Below, piece after piece: positions 63,695-64,000 of a stretch of DNA of 64,000 nucleotides (within the stretch, counting starts at the first letter, position 1; every line of letters begins with the position of its first letter). The notes under the pieces were generated by a model. The model saw nothing but the letters and a program-made list of their open reading frames with translations. It did no database searches and was not told the DNA's origin. Position numbers and translations under genes: made by a program. The DNA lies in assembly GCA_963779395.1 (NCBI GenBank), contig CAVZYC010000002.1:331651-395650 (forward strand), given 5' to 3'. The DNA comes from Candidatus Acidiferrales bacterium. GTDB lineage: Bacteria; Acidobacteriota; Terriglobia; Acidiferrales; UBA7541.

Positions 63695-64000
63695 GTGAAC
63701 TTTCTCACACATGCGTTGCTTTCCCTGGCCCTGGCGCGCGGCTTCTTTTCCCGCCGCGCATGGCCAGTGCTGGCCACCATGCTGATTGCCGGTACTCTTG
63801 CCGACGCCGACTGGATCAGCGTCTGGTTTGGCCCTGCCGCTTTCCTGGCAGCCCGAGGCACGTTCACACATTCCCTGTTGGGCACTCTTGTCATCATTGG
63901 GATTGCCGCGCTCGTCGCGCGCGCGCTGGACCGCCAACGTCGCGAAACGTGGAAGGTCCTTCTGTCCGCGGCAGCCTGTTCGGCCATCCTCCATGTGATT
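63695..64000 (+). CDS. YdjM-like membrane metal-dependent hydrolase (partial, runs off the window)
   Basis: Not in the track. GTG start, NFLTHALL...LADAD...RGTFTHSLLG. Confidence 0.72.
   Translation, partial: MNFLTHALLSLALARGFFSRRAWPVLATMLIAGTLADADWISVWFGPAAFLAARGTFTHSLLGTLVIIGIAALVARALDRQRRETWKVLLSAAACSAILHVI

Overview
Mostly housekeeping and cell-envelope chromosomal DNA, probably from an Acidobacteriota (Terriglobia-like) bacterium. The taxonomy is an inference from the fused LptF-LptG, the PilZ-like domains, the REP-like repeat types and the gene set. Recognised genes: lnt (partial), a SPOR protein, SPFH with NfeD, TPR proteins, PBP1b, proS, two toxin-antitoxin pairs, cysE, cysK, rpiB, aroF, a GH29 fucosidase, an amidohydrolase, GH57, lptF/G, glyA, mbfA, an L,D-transpeptidase, a partial nonulosonic-acid sugar cluster, ligA and a lipid kinase. 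The most unusual part is 48.7-59.6 kb, around an RNase P RNA gene (rnpB, minus strand, about 700 nt). That gene carries a 177-nt insertion containing a REP/MITE hairpin, and a 3.6-kb integrase-less island sits at its 3' end with a duplicated att. Upstream, three copies of the rnpB -10 box plus 5' end each follow a different membrane-protein cargo gene, and one copy is fused to a duplicated ligA 3' end. Two more cases of small cargo next to diverged direct repeats of a gene 3' end occur at 34-37 kb and 42-43 kb. No CRISPR array, tRNA, rRNA, integrase or transposase was seen. All calls are by eye; no searches were run.
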